NCBI RefSeq assembly: GCF_018350175.1
Contig: NC_058368.1
Location: 91,018,001 to 91,082,000, forward strand
Direction: 5' to 3'
Origin: Felis catus
Lineage: Eukaryota
Length of the DNA: 64,000 bases
The position numbers and the translations under genes were made by a program. This document shows positions 1-13,271 of this stretch, piece after piece (the first letter of the stretch is position 1; every line of letters starts with the position of its first letter). The notes below the pieces were generated by a model. The model was given only the letters and a program-made list of their open reading frames with translations. It was not told where the DNA came from and did no database searches.

Positions 1-439
1 TTACTGAATCCCAAATGCTAACATGATGCTTGGCATGCAATGGGGCCAATAGCTTTCTCCTGGGTCTACTGGGTACCTGCTAAGGTCCGTGGGGAAGGAC
101 AGTCCAAGGCCAGGCAACTCAGGACCCCGGGGTGGGTGGTGGGCCCTGTGAAAGGCCAGGGTGGCTCAGCTTGAGAAGTCCCATTGCAAATCTATAAGGG
201 GCTCATTGCTGGACTGGGGTGGGGGGGAGGAGGTTATACACTTGGCAGGATGGACATCTACACACCAAAGCTGATGGGTGAAGAAGAAGGCAGCTATTTT
301 TTAGTTCTTATATTTGATGCCACCCTCACTCCAGGATTGAAGGGAAAATGTGACCCGGCCCCTGAGAGGTGGCTCAGGCTCAGCCTTCAGAAGGCTTTAG
401 GGGGAATAGTCAGGTCAGAGGGTAAGCTCTGACTCTGGG

Positions 440-739
440 CTTGCCTTAGCTCAGGCTACTCTAACAACATACCACAGGCTGGGTCACTTCAACAGCACAC
501 ATTAATTTCTCATAGTTCTGGAGGCTAGAAATCCAAGATCAAGGTGTCAGCCAATTTGGCTCTTAGTGAGGGTTCTCTTCCTGGCTTGCACATGGCCTCC
601 TTCTTGCCATGTCCTCACATGGCGGGGGACCCCACTTTCATGACATCAGCCAATCCTAATAGCCTCTCAAATGCCCCACCTCCAAATAGCATTATGTTGG
701 GGGTTAGGAACTTGAGGGGATGCAATTCAGCCCATACCA
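440..739 (-). mobile_element. MaLR (MLT1-type) LTR remnant
   Basis: Typical MLT1 motifs ...ctcatagttctggaggctagaaatccaagatcaaggtgtcagc... ending aattcagcccata. Confidence 0.75.
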
Positions 740-1742
740 GGGCTATTCATCTCCTGTCCCTCCTCCCTCAGGGTAGGGGTGGTGCATGGCTTAGCCCCCC
801 TGCATCTGCACACATCTGTCCCAGCATGCTCTGCCCTGGGCACTGACCCTCCAGGCTTTGGCCCTGCGGTTGGGGTCATTCAGGGTTTATTCTCTCTGCC
901 GTGGCCACACAACGTCTGCCCCCCTGCAGGACAGCCCTCCTGCAGGACAGCACCCCTGGACTCTCTCTGAAGCCAACCCACAGGCCAGCCCGCAGCTATC
1001 CTGCCCACTATCCCTGGGTCCCCTATGTGTAGTTGGGAGCTGTACTCCATTTGGGCTCTCTGAAGCCACCCCTTCTCCATATGAACCTGTCCCTTCCCAG
1101 GTCCCGGACAGCAGAATCAAGCCCTCTCTGCTTTTGACTTCTTCCCAAATATCAGGGCTATTTTTATGCTCCCTGCCCTGTTCCCCACCCCCAACCCGTG
1201 ACTCGAGACATGGGCTGGAGGTCAGGGGTGGAAGGAGTAAAGTGAAGCCTAGTCATTCCTCTCGGTCTTTCTTCCCCCTTTCCTCCCTCCTGCCCCCTCC
1301 AGCTGCAGCGGGACCTCTCCATGTAACTGCCTTCTTGGCTTCCACACCATGACTTTCAGTCAAAGTCTGTGAGCCAAATTGGCCAGGCTTTGCCTGTGAG
1401 AGATAAAGCAATACTTTGGAGACAAAAACCCCTTTCTCTCTTATAAACTGGCTTTTAGAGCTATCGTCTCACTGTGGACTAAAAAATCTAGTTTGACCCA
1501 CATTTAGGGATGTGCACCCTGCCCCTGTGACCTCATGGCAAGGCTTCCGGCAATCCAATTTAGCGGTGGTGACAAATATGGCATCTTGCTGTTAAGCTTT
1601 GTGAGACAGGGACTGTCATCCGTTTGTGGAGGGCACCGCACAGCGTGGGTGGGTTGACAGCCTCCCCTGGGCTCCACCTTGTCATCTGCAGGTGGTCCTC
1701 AGGCCTGTGGCTCCTGCTGACACCTCCCTGGTTGTCTTTCAG

Positions 1743-1826
1743 GTCAACGAAATCTATCATGACGAGTCCTTGGGGGCCCACATCAATGTCGTGTTGGTGC
1801 GGATAATCCTGCTTAGCTACGGGAAG
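1743..1826 (+). CDS. ADAMTS2: ADAMTS2 exon 5 (metalloprotease domain), 84 nt
   Basis: tctttcag|GTC...AAG|gtgagt; [28 protein letters not shown]; phase 0-0. Confidence 0.96.
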
Positions 1827-2044
1827 GTGAGTGAGCTGGTGGCTTCCAGACACAGTGGAGCCTGCCCAACTCTCGTGATCTCTGTGGGGTGAATGGGGAC
1901 CCTCCAGTGAGGCACAGGTCTCCTCTGAAAGCCAAAACCTTGGTGCCTGTCCCCAGCTCGGCCCGTGGTACCTGGAAGAGACAAGAAACTCGTGAGCCTC
2001 CCCCATATTCCTGATCCCCTTTCACCTCACCCCTGGTTTTATAA

Positions 2045-2470
2045 TGTAGGTTTTGTTATTATTCATGTGTGGAGAGGCTAACTGATGATCAGGAGGTGAC
2101 TGCCATGGAAAAGTCGGTTTATCATTCACACAGGGCCACTGGGGCAGCACCAGGATGGGTCAGAAGGCAGAAGGAGTGGGGGACTGTTGTCTCCACAGGA
2201 AGGGCTGGGTGTGGCAGAGTAAGCAAGCACAGGACTGGCCAGCGTGAATAATTCCTGTGGGCTCTGGGTCGTAGGTGGCTAGTACCTGCCCTGAGTGACT
2301 CAGGCAGGGTGGTGAGAGCCCAATGAAGGAGGTGGCTAGGGGTGCGGACTCTGAACTGGTTGGTTTGCATTTGAAAAGCATGCTCCAGAGCGAGTTGTTT
2401 ATTATCTCTAGGAATTGGCTAACCCCAGGAGGGTCAGCATGGCCCCAGACATCAAAGCATCAGAAACACA
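2045..2470 (-). mobile_element. ERVL-class solo LTR, MER74-like (copy 1)
   Basis: Shares ggttggtttgcat...aggaattggctaacc...ggccccagacatcaaagcatcagaa with the copy at ~35.9 kb and partly with the copy at ~53 kb; family name from memory. Confidence 0.6.
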
Positions 2471-2719
2471 GGTTACTTCTCCCCTCCCTCCCACCTCTTC
2501 CACCCATGTTCTCCTCTTCTTATGCTGTGTGGCTTCTGCCCTCACTGGGCTCTCTTGCCCTCCCTATCTTCTCTTGCTGTCAAGCTTGGTGCTGTCTTTC
2601 CTAGCAGCGTGCAGGGGTCTGTGCAGCTGGGGTAGGAAGCCCCCAGAGACAGTGACCCAAGACCTGAGACAGAAAGATAAGGGGGTGCAGAGAAAGGAAA
2701 GATGGTGAGGGAGGAAGAA

Positions 2720-2850
2720 GCCCTGTGCTGGGCAAGTCAGAAGTACTTTACCCGTATTAACTCACTGAAGCCAAGGGCAGATGGGAAGGCGGATGTATGA
2801 CAATCCCCGTTTCACAGATAAGAACCTTGAGGCTTAAAGTGGGTTGGTGG
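2720..2850. mobile_element. MIR remnant
   Basis: MIR core-like ccccgtttcacagataagaaccttgaggct. Confidence 0.55.
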
Positions 2851-5129
2851 TGTTCTGGGTGAGTGGCCAGTGTCATTTGGTTCCTGTGGAGTTGGGCTTC
2901 TCACCCTGCAGCCAAATTTTAGAATCCATCGTCTGACTTCGCTCAGTATGTACAAAAATCAATCATCAGGCATGGTAATTAGATACAGGGTTAATTCATC
3001 TGCTCAAAGACAAAGAATCTTGGTCTCCAACAGTAAAATCGAACTGCACACAACCTACAAGGCCCGTGGTATAAAAAACGACAATGGAAGGCTCGTGTGG
3101 CCGGATGAATTCCAGGAATAGTAGATCTTGAGCCCACTCTCTTTACCCTAGGAAGCACATCCCTCTAAAGTAGAAGCGGCCACAGTAAGGACACCAGTTA
3201 TGCTCTTTCATGCACCCCTGGGAGAACATAAGATGTATCAAAGAAGACTGTCAGAACAAGGCAGAAATTGGAAAAAAACTAACCGCGGGAGTCTTTCATT
3301 CTCTTTTTAAGATCTTTAACAGATTACATTTTAAAAGGCATAGAAGTTTCAAATAAAATAATAATAATGTATAAAGTTAAATTAGTAGTTCTATCATTTT
3401 CTTCTTTGCCCTGTGTGACTCCTTTTTGAGGAATCCTAGAACACTTGAAAATTACAAAAGTACTTTAGGTTGTAAAGAAAATTCCAGTGAATTTTATACA
3501 GCAAAAACTGTCCGGGCTATCTTTTCTGACTCAGTGCCCTAAAACGTGGTGGAAGGAAGGGATATATGAACTGAAATAAAAAGTCCAATTTCTTTGAAAA
3601 GTTAAAAAAAACCAACCTGCTTGGAAGACTATTAGAGCTGGGAAAATTAATGAAAGTGATAGTACTACAGATCAAAACCTATATAGAGTGTGGCCAAAGC
3701 TGTATTCAGAGGCAAATTCGCAGGTGCTTTCCAAGATTACACAAGAGAGAATGAATACACATGGACCCTGCAGTAATGTGAGAACAAAAGTCCATAAGAA
3801 CTGCAAACCAAAAACCTAAGGAGGACAAAAATAAGGAGGTAGTTTCGGAAAAGCAGAAATTAAAAAATTAGGAAATAGAAATAATTGAACCAATCAAGAA
3901 GAGAACCTTAGTGAATGCAAACCTCTGACATAAAGAGAGAGAGAGAGCGAGGAAACACAGACTGAAAGATGAGAAAGGGTGTACACAACGTAACCTACAC
4001 CAGGATGCTTATCTGGACAGAAGAGAAGGCATTTGGGGCAGTTGCCACACTAGGCCGCTGCTGGAAGACCCCCAATTCGGGTCCTCTCTCAACCCCCCTC
4101 CCTCCGGATGGCCAGCAGATGAGGTGGACCAGCTATCGGAGGGCTTAGGGAGGCTCTCTAGCTCTGTGTCCAGGTTTGGGGTGCTGCACTCCCTGGGAAG
4201 GGAAGCTGAGGGTGGACCCTAGCCCAGAGATCCAGTCCCAGCCTCCATTCATAGGCAGGGGTCTTTGGAATGGCCCAGTGGAGTAGCTGTCCACATGTTC
4301 TGCACGCCCCCTCATTTCTCTCCTTCCCCAGACCAGCTCCTTCCAGCCCCTCCATTACTACCTGGGGCCCTCCAGCCAGCATCCTTCGGTGTCTGAGAAT
4401 TTTCAGAAATTTGGCATGAGGTGTGGACACAGTGAGATCCCCCACCCCTTTTCTCTACTGCTGGAGGGGGGAAATGGGAAACTTCAGATTGATCAAGGGC
4501 ATGGAAGTAGATAGAGTTGGAGAGCCACAGAATGGTCTGGGCACCAGGTGGCAGTCTGCGTCCCCTCCACCCCTGGTTGCCCCCATATTGGTTAAAAAGA
4601 CAAATTTGGAAATTGTGCGTTGTTAATTGCTTCCTAGTGGTAGCAAAGCTTTGGCTCTCAATTCGGCCTGAAATGTGTCGATTGCTCAAGGAAGCAAAGC
4701 TTCGTTTATTTTAAGTACACCCCAGCAGGCTCTGTGCTAAATTGTCCCTACCCAAAGCCATTTTTTCTTGTTGTTGTTTTCCCCTTCATGGCTGCCAGCA
4801 GGTAGATAGACTGTGTGACCAACAGTCCGACATTTGCAGAAGTGTCAGAACCTGAAGGTGAACAGTTGAGTATCTCTGAGTCAGGGACGAGGACACCCTG
4901 GGAAGCCAGGGATTTCCTGGGAAATGAGAATATTTCAAAGCCGAAAATGTTAGAAAACACCATAAGTCCCATAACCATGGAGGGAACTCAAGTTCTCTAG
5001 CACTTTCAGAGTTCTCTGAAAATTATCTGTAAATAGAGAGTCAGATCATCTATTTTTGCCAGTGCATTCTTATTCATTTCTAAGGAATTATTAGCAAGGA
5101 TAATACAACGCCATGGAAATTGTTTCAGA

Positions 5130-5144
5130 GCACACACACACACA

Positions 5145-5186
<42 letters not shown>
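5130..5186. repeat. (CA)n-(TA)n compound microsatellite
   Basis: Read directly from sequence. Confidence 0.95.
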
Positions 5187-5188
<2 letters not shown>

Positions 5189-6982
5189 TGACATCCACCC
5201 AATTTATTTTTATAGCCAGTGTGATTCCTATACTCAAAGCTGCCAGAGGTAACATGTCCAAGACAATGTGCAGACCTGTCTTCCTTCTAAAAATAGACAT
5301 AAAAAATCCTGAGGCTTAATTCAATAATGCAGAAAAAGAAACTCCCAGCACGATAAAATAGAGTTTATCCTGGGAATAAGGCAATCATCGAATATCAGGA
5401 AGTCTGTTCATATAATTCATCACATTTGCTTGCCAAATGACAGAAGCTTGTAATTGAACCCATAGTTTTTGAAGGGTTTCTGTGTGCCAGGCTCTGTGCT
5501 GGGCCACTGATGTGGTCCCTGACCTCAAGAGCTTCTGAAGCAGAGGTACAGACAAAGAAACAATGATTACAGGGGGTCAGGGACTCATGGGGGGAAGATG
5601 AGGCAGGCAGCCCTCACAATGTCAGGCCAACTGACTGGAAGGGAGTAAAAGGGAGAAGAACCAGAAGAGGGGTGTTTCCAGGATCTGATTTGCATTTCCA
5701 AGAGGATCCCTGGACTCCTGGGGGCATCATGGTGGGTGGGAGCCTGGCTGAGGAGGGTGCGGGCGCCATTGAAGGGAGGATGGCGGTGGGCTGTACCGAG
5801 ACCATGGCCACAGGCTGGGGTAAAGAAGGCAGATGGAAGAGAACTGTAGGAGGCCAAATCCAGAGGACATGGGTTCTAAGTGGATGAAGGTGGGGAGACC
5901 CTGAGCCCATGCCTCAGGCAGCCAGGTGCATGCTGATTGATGTCAACCACTCAGATGGACAACATGGGAAGAGAATCAGGGTGTCAGAGGGAGAAAGGCA
6001 ATGAGTTCAACAGGGATGTGTTGAGTTTGAGGTGCCGAGTGCCACCCCAGTAGAGATGGCAGGAGAGGCTGGCATGGGGGCCTGGGGCTTGGAGAGAAGA
6101 GATGAGTATTGCTTGCAAAGGCATGAGTGGGGGGTGCATGGTGAAGTATGCCAAATGGGGGGCCCCTTAGAAAGAGCTTCCAGGAGCCCCTGATGCTCTG
6201 AAGCCACCAGCAGGGCAAGGGCATGGTCTGCAGCATAGTTGCTGAGAGAGTACCTCCCAGTATTCAAAAATCTGTGAAAACTAGTAACAGATGGTAACAT
6301 GACAACCAAAATTTTATTTAAAGGTGGAGAAAAGAAGCACATGTCCCTAAGAGCGTCTGCATAGCTAATTCATAGGATGCTCCTAGACATTTACACGGGA
6401 AAATAGAGGGGTTCCATAGTCCAGTGAGTCTGGGAAAGGCTTGTCAAAGACTCTGTCAGAGACTTTACGACAGAAATGTGCACGGTGAATCTCAAGAAGT
6501 GGATCACTACACATAGCTTCTCAAACCTGTTTCTCAGTGGAACCCTTTTCCTCACGTAGTCAACCTTCTACAGAACTCACTTTGGGAAATGCTGCCCTCA
6601 TTGAGGCAGTTACAGTAAGCGTGGTGACCAGAAGGTGGCTTTGTTACGGAGGTTCTGGAAATTCTAGATAATGTCTTAGGACATGGAACCAATATTGGAA
6701 AAGAACAGATGAAATTTTAATTGGTTGCTGATGATTATGTGCCTGGAAAACCCAGAGGATCCATTGTAAAGCTTTTAGAGTTAATTAAAGAAGTTTAGTG
6801 ACATGGCCAACTGTAAGATAATTCTATAAAGATCGCTAATTTTTGCACAAACCCACAATACCCTAGTAGTAGGTGTAATAGGGAAAGAAAAGTTCCATTT
6901 ACAAAAGTAAGCAAAAATATAAAATATCTGGCCCAGTCCTAACAAGATAGATACAGGACCTACAGTAAGTAAATCGCACATG

Positions 6983-7188
6983 GTTTTGTTTTTAAAGTTC
7001 ATTTGATAGAAAGAGAAAGAGAGTGAGCACAAACAGGGGAGGGGCAGAGAGAGGGGGAGACAGAGAGAATCCCAAGCAGGCTCTGCACTGTCAGTGCAGA
7101 GCCCTGTGCTGGGTTCAGATCCACCAACTGTGAGATCATGACCTGAGCCAAAGTCGGAGGCTTAACCGACTGAGCCACCCAGGTGCCC
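6983..7188 (-). mobile_element. CanSINE (SINEC)
   Basis: Reverse-strand SINE ending ...gagccacccaggtgccc. Confidence 0.9.
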
Positions 7189-7372
7189 TGAAATTTGCAC
7201 ACTGTTAACGATAAGAAGAAAATAAAAATAAAGGCGGAGACATATGTTGTTCCTACAGGAAGACTGGGTATCGTAGAGATACTGATTTTTCCTAAATTAA
7301 TAGTTGGAAACTTGGTGAAATGATTCTAAGATTCATCTGGAAGCCTTATAAGCCAGTCAAGACTGGCTGGGA

Positions 7373-7598
7373 GAGGCACCTGGGTGGTTCAGTCAGTTGA
7401 GCATCCTACTTGATGTCAGTTCAGGTCATGATCTCATGGTTCGTGGGATTGAGCCCCACAATAGGCTCTGCACTGAGAGTGTGGAACCTGCTTGGGATTC
7501 TCTCTCTCCCTCCCTCTCTCTGCCCCTCCCCTGCTCGTGCGGGTACTCTCCCTCTGTCCCTCTCTCTCAAAATAAATAAACATTAAAAAAAAAAAAAA
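7373..7598 (+). mobile_element. CanSINE
   Basis: tRNA-derived head, (CT)n, aataaa and A tail; TSD aagactg(gc/aa)tggg. Confidence 0.9.
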
Positions 7599-8232
7599 GA
7601 CTGAATGGGAAAGCCTCAAAAGCTAAGCAAATAAAGAGAGATTTACTTCAAACATCTTATAAAGTGAAAATAATTAAAATCATACTGTATTTGCGTAAGC
7701 ATTAACAGATCAATTGAATAAACTATGGAGCTCTGAAAACACTTCATATATTTAACTTAACATGTGATAAATATAAATGAAATGGCTATTAAGTGTTATA
7801 AATAAATATGTGAAAAATATAAATTTCATGTATAGTAAATTAAAAATAACATATGATAAATAACAAGCCAATAAAACATTCAACTATTTAAACCACAAAA
7901 ATCAAGAAGAAAATATTGGTTGTCAAGGGGGCTCCTTAAGCGTAAGTACAATAGAAGGAATTGTAAAGGGGAAGGTAGATATATTTGAACACTTAAAATA
8001 TAAAACTTCTGTCCAGAAACAATTACAAGACAAAGCACAAGCATGAAAAACACTGGCAATATGGCAGTGATACCCTAATATATGAAGAGCTCTTACAAAC
8101 CATAGGAGAAACAGAATTGGCAGTGGGTATAAACAGTTTACAGAAGAAAAATACAAATGGGCAAAAAAAAAAAAAAGAAGGAAAAATTTTAACTGTACTA
8201 TTAATCAAATAAAGAATACAATTTGCCATTTT

Positions 8233-8446
8233 TATTTTTTTTCAGTTTATTTATTTTGAGAGAGGGAAATAGAGAGAACACGAGCAGGGGAGGGGCAGAG
8301 AGAGAGGGAGAAAGAGAGGATCCCAAGCAGGCTCCACGCTGCCAGCCCAGAGCCTGATTCGGGGCTCAACCCCATGAACTGTGAGATCATGACCTGAGCT
8401 GAAACCAAGAGTCAGACGCCAACTGACTAACCCACTCAGTCACCCT
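8233..8446 (-). mobile_element. CanSINE
   Basis: TSD caattt(gc/aa)cattttt. Confidence 0.9.
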
Positions 8447-8832
8447 GCAATTTAACATTTTTAAAGGATCGCCTGTGCTCAGATTAGAAAGAGGGATTTA
8501 ACTGCTGGCTTGGATGGGTAGAGCATTACCCTTTTCTGGTATGAGTATAAATGGGTACACATTTCTAGAAGGAAATGTGACAGTACTCACCACTGCCCTT
8601 AAGAAGGTTCTTCCTGTTTGCTGCCCACCCGCCTTGTTCATTTCTGTGACTCTATCCCAAAGCAGTTATCAGAATTGCGGACAAAGTTTTAGGAAAAAGA
8701 CAAAGGCCATGGCCTTATTTCTAAGTGTAAACAACTGGGAAAAATCTCAACTGTCTACTAACAGGGGTCCAATTAAATAAACTGTAATACGTCTGTGTGG
8801 TAGAATATTAGGCTGCTAATAAATCCCACTTT

Positions 8833-9047
8833 ATTTTTTTTTATTTTTTTAATGTTTATTTATTTTAGAGAGAGAGACAGAGTGTGCCCAGGGGAGGGGA
8901 AGACAGAGAGGGAGACACAGAATCCGAAGCAGGCTCCAGGCTCTGAGTTGTCAGCACAGCCCAAAGCAGGACTCGAACTCACCAACCGTGAGATCATGAC
9001 CTGAGCTGAAGTCAGACACTTAACCGACTGAGCCCCCCAGGTGCCCC
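8833..9047 (-). mobile_element. CanSINE (SINEC_Fc)
   Basis: Perfect TSD ataaatcccacttt at 8819-8832 and 9048-9061. Confidence 0.93.
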
Positions 9048-9152
9048 ATAAATCCCACTTTCAAAGCACTGGGGAATTGTTACAGCATACAGTTAACTTT
9101 ATTTGCTTTTGGAAAACAGAATATAACTTATCGTATGGGGTTTTTTTAAGTT

Positions 9153-9367
9153 AAAAATTTTTTTTTATGTTTATTTATTTTTGAGAGACAGAGACAGACA
9201 GAGTGCGAGTGTGGGAGGGGCAGAGAGAGAGTCACAGAATCTGAAGCAGGCTCCAGGCTCTGAGCTGTCAGCACAGAGCCCAATGTGGGGCTCGAACTCA
9301 TGAACCGTGAGATCATGACCTGAGCTGAAGTCAGACGCCCAACCTACTGAGCCACCCAGGCACCCCC
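9153..9367 (-). mobile_element. CanSINE nested in the tail of the next SINE
   Basis: Flanked by taagtt on both sides. Confidence 0.9.
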
Positions 9368-9369
9368 TA

Positions 9370-9574
9370 AGTTTTTTTTTAAAGTTTTCTATTTATTTTG
9401 AGAGAGAGAGAGCAGGGGAGAGGGGCAGGGAGAGAGAGAGAGAGAGAATCCCAAACAGGCTCCGAGATGTCAGTGCAGAGCCCTATGTGGGGCTCGATCT
9501 CATGAACTGTAAGATCATGACCTGAGCCGAAATCAAGAGTCAGATGCTTAACCAACTGAGCACCTGTGTGCCCC
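9370..9574 (-). mobile_element. CanSINE (host of the nested copy)
   Basis: Outer TSD aacttat(c/a)gtatg at 9125-9137 and 9575-9587. Confidence 0.9.
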
Positions 9575-12500
9575 AACTTATAGTATGATCTTAATTTTGT
9601 GTACAAATATATGTACAGAAGGGACTGGAAAGAATACATCAAAGGTGACTAATATTTCTCTCTGGGCAGTAGGCCATGGATTTTTATTTTCCTCTTTGTA
9701 TTTTACTGAACTTTCATAATTTATCATGATAAGCATGTTTCTTTTCTACACAAAATAGTGCATTTTTAATTATGAAAAAATAGTTTACATTTTTTAAAAA
9801 GCACTTAAAAATGGCAGAATCCAAATAATCCCGTTTAACTGAATCCACCTGAGTAGAGTCTCCAGTGGCATGCAACAGGGCTCTGTCATGTCCAACATTT
9901 TATTCCTGCTTTGAAGGAGGACATTGAAGGGATTTTCTGCTTTCACTTGGCACCTCAACTCTGTGGAGGCTCGGAGACAGTTGGGGAGGGGAGGGGTTCT
10001 TCTGCCCTCAGGGTCACTGTCTTACCTTTCCTGTGGTTGGGCCCAGGGGCTCTTCCAGTCTCCTGGTTAGGGACCTCTGAGCAAACCATCTGGGCTAGAA
10101 TGCAGGCTGCCACCTTACCTGCAGGTGAGGCCAAATCCCCCAGGAGTACAGGCACCTCCCTCAAGGCCAGGGCCATGTGGTTACACCCCTCACCCCAAGT
10201 CTCCCAGAGGCAGAGTGGAGAGCATTGTCTGGATCTTCCCAGGGACGTATGGGGAAGTGGGTGGGCCACGGGGCTGCCTGGAGGTCATGACCAGCAAGGT
10301 GCGTGGCTGGAGCTCACCTGGGCACTAGGGCAGCTTCAGTGAGACCAGTACTCGGACAGTGGCAACCAGGAGGGGCACAGGGGGACCCCAGCTCCCGTGA
10401 CTTCCTGCTGAGAAGGAGTTTAGGAATTGGAAGGGAGAATCTGGAGCAGGAAGCACGCTTTCAGAGCTAAACCCAGAGAGCACCTACTGGGACCCAGCCA
10501 AGGGCTCAGCAGCCCAGCCTCACACCTCTGCCAGTGACATCAGAGGAGTCAGGATAGAGGTCATCGCAGGCTGTGGGGGATTGCCCATCCCCGGTACCCC
10601 CAGCATGGCCGAGAGGGACAGCATACTCCCTGCTCCTCTGCTGCCCCTGGGGATCCAGCTGGGCTGACATGTCTCCTGTAGCAAAGCTTACCCATGCCCT
10701 GCCCACCTTCTGCCCTGCCCTGCCTGTCCCCTGGGAGCCCAGGTGGGGCCCATGAGGCTGTGGTGGAGGTCTCTGGAAAGGGCTATTGCCTGTCATGGCC
10801 AGTGTGTCCTGGGGGATTCCAGAAAGTTACAGGGCCTGACTGATGCTCGGTCCTCCTGGGGCAGGTTGCTGGAGTGTGAGGGCTTCCAGGGTGTGGCTTT
10901 CGATCTCCTGAGGGAGGACACATGGCAGAAGTGCAGGCAGGGGTTCAGGAGAGTCAGGAGGGCACCACTGGTGCTGTCCAGATACCCTGACATGAAGGGA
11001 CTGAGTGCAGACCCCACCTGTTGGTCCAGCATTGCTGGAACAGGGTGTGCCACCCTGGGCACAGAGGTTTGGTGCAGCGTACTTAGCTGTGGGCTCTGGT
11101 TGATTTAAGAGAGCACAATCGTCAGCCTCAGGACTAAGGAGCAACGTCCCGCTGACCTGGAGCGACCCGACAACACAGGAAAGTGACCATCTGTGAAGAG
11201 CAGGTTTAGGGCTGAGGTCGCTGAGCCGGACACACAGAACACTCAGCCCCGAGGGCCCATCGCTGACCAGTAGTCCTGGAAAATATGTTTAAAAGGAATT
11301 CTTAGAAAAGGAAAATGTGACAAAACCAAGATATACAAAAATACCAGCCCAGACTTTTTTTTACTAAATTCCGTTCCCATAAAACCACATCATCAAATTG
11401 CTGGACAGGTTTCCCTTTTTGGCACTCGTCTCACTGTGGACGGTTAACAGTGTGTGTCCGCTAGTCACAGATCCCACTTTGCACAACCACCAGGAGCAGG
11501 GCCCTGTTTGCAGGTCTCTGCTGGCAGGGGACAGCAGGGGGCAGCCGGGGGTGGCCCGGGGGTGTCGTCTTAGGAACAGGAAGAGCAGGTCACACGAATG
11601 GAGCTGGAGCGTGAACTCCCCGTGAAGTGACAAGTAAACAAGGTTGTTTCAGAGTGGGGAGCATCTTGAAGGAAATAGAACTGGGGGTGGCCCCAGATGG
11701 AGTGGCCAGGCAACTGACTGCGCAGCTGGGGTCTGAGGAACAAGAGGCCCAACATTCGTGTCAGAGGGAATGGTTGTCCAGGGAGAGACTGGACAGGCTT
11801 CTAGATTGAGGGTCTGGAGATGGGGCTTGGCTCACAGTGAAGATGAACTCTGATGAGCTGCTCTTTAAGGAACTCATGTGTCCCTATCAAGGAGGGGATC
11901 CCCCATGCCCAGAAGGATTTAAGCATCATGAAACCAAGATGACTGTAGCCGGGACTCCTGAGGAGAAGGGACTGAGCTGTGTCCCCCAAGATCTGGGGGT
12001 TCTCTTGGCAGGGGCAGCTATGAGGCCAAGAGCCAGACTTGGGGCAGAAAGTGGCCCAGGCATTCAGATCCTGTTATTCATTCCAAATCGTGATGGAAAT
12101 AGACCAGCTCCCCAGAGCCTGTCTCGGGGTCCCCACCAGGCTCCAGAGGGGATAAAATCAGTAGCACTTACATGCGTGCCATGTTGTTTGTCTTCCAGCT
12201 TATGAGAAGCTTCTAAGTTATCTCAAGTTTTTCCTAAAACAACGTTTTTTTTCCTCCATTTCTTAAAAAAAAAAAAAGGAAGGAAGACAGAAGAAAAGAG
12301 ATTATCTTATTTTATACAATATGCCATCAGCCAGGGAGCAGAACATCGGCAACACTTGAGGGTTGCATAGCAACTGGCTTTCAATTGATTTTTTTGAGAA
12401 GGCACCAGAGCTACTGAACTGTTCTCATTTTAAATATTTCCTCGGATGATGGAAATCAAAAGCAAATGGAAATCAGAGACTTGGGGACAATCAGAGAGGA

Positions 12501-13252
12501 ACATAAGGTATCTTGTCGTGAAAGACCAAGTCAAGACCAAGTGGGGAGCACGCATAGGAATCTTTCAGCGTTGGAGAGGAAGGGTCTAAGGAATTCTGAC
12601 TGTGATGTCCATGGGCATCACTCACCCGTGCTAGACCTCAGCTGCCTTATGGGTGTGAGGGGTGGCAATGACAGAAGTCCCTGTGCTCCTGGCTCTGTAC
12701 TGTGGTTGTACCCCTTCTGCAGATGGGGAGCTCAGCGCAGTGAGGTAACTTGTTCAAGAACACAAGCAGATGAGACATGAACAGGTCTCCTACCCCAGGA
12801 CTCTCATGCTGCCCAGGTGAGCTCCACCTGTCACCTGCCCATGCCCTGGTAAGCTGCTGGGCGAGTTTGGGGTCTGTGGGGCTCTCTGACATGTGGCGGC
12901 ACTGGTATAGCCACCCCATGGCGCTGTTATTCCTAGAAGACCAGTCTCCAGGCTACTGGTCCAGTTTCCCTCCTGTGTTCTTGACTGAAGGAGGGAAGAG
13001 CATAAATAATTCAGCTCATTCAAGGGCAAACAATGGAAATGTCAGAAAGCAATGATTGGAACAGAATTTTTGAACGGGTCTTAATTGGCGTATTAAGGGT
13101 GGGACCGCAGAGGTTGTCTCTGGCCTTCAAAATCCCCCCTTGCCCTGTGCATGCCTGGGCTCAGAGCTGCAGCGCCAGCCTGAGAGGGTTGGGAGGAGGT
13201 GGGCGGGGCCCTGCCTGCCGGCCCAGCGCGCGAGAGACCGTTCTTGTGACAG

Positions 13253-13271
13253 CAGCGCCACCTGGTGGCCA
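13253..13271 (-). promoter_or_regulatory. Candidate CTCF site in a CpG-rich intronic patch
   Basis: cagcgccacctggtggcca; reverse complement TGGCCACCAGGTGGCGCTG matches the CTCF core consensus. Confidence 0.65.

Larger units (their letters stand above)
3000..9750 (+). mobile_element. Ancient, fragmented L1 (L1M-type) ORF2 and 3' end remnants, interrupted by SINEs, L2 and unique DNA
   Basis: A-rich degenerate L1 ORF2-like blocks at ~3000-3960, 5000-5430, 6640-8820 and 9575-9750 in collinear order. Confidence 0.55.
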
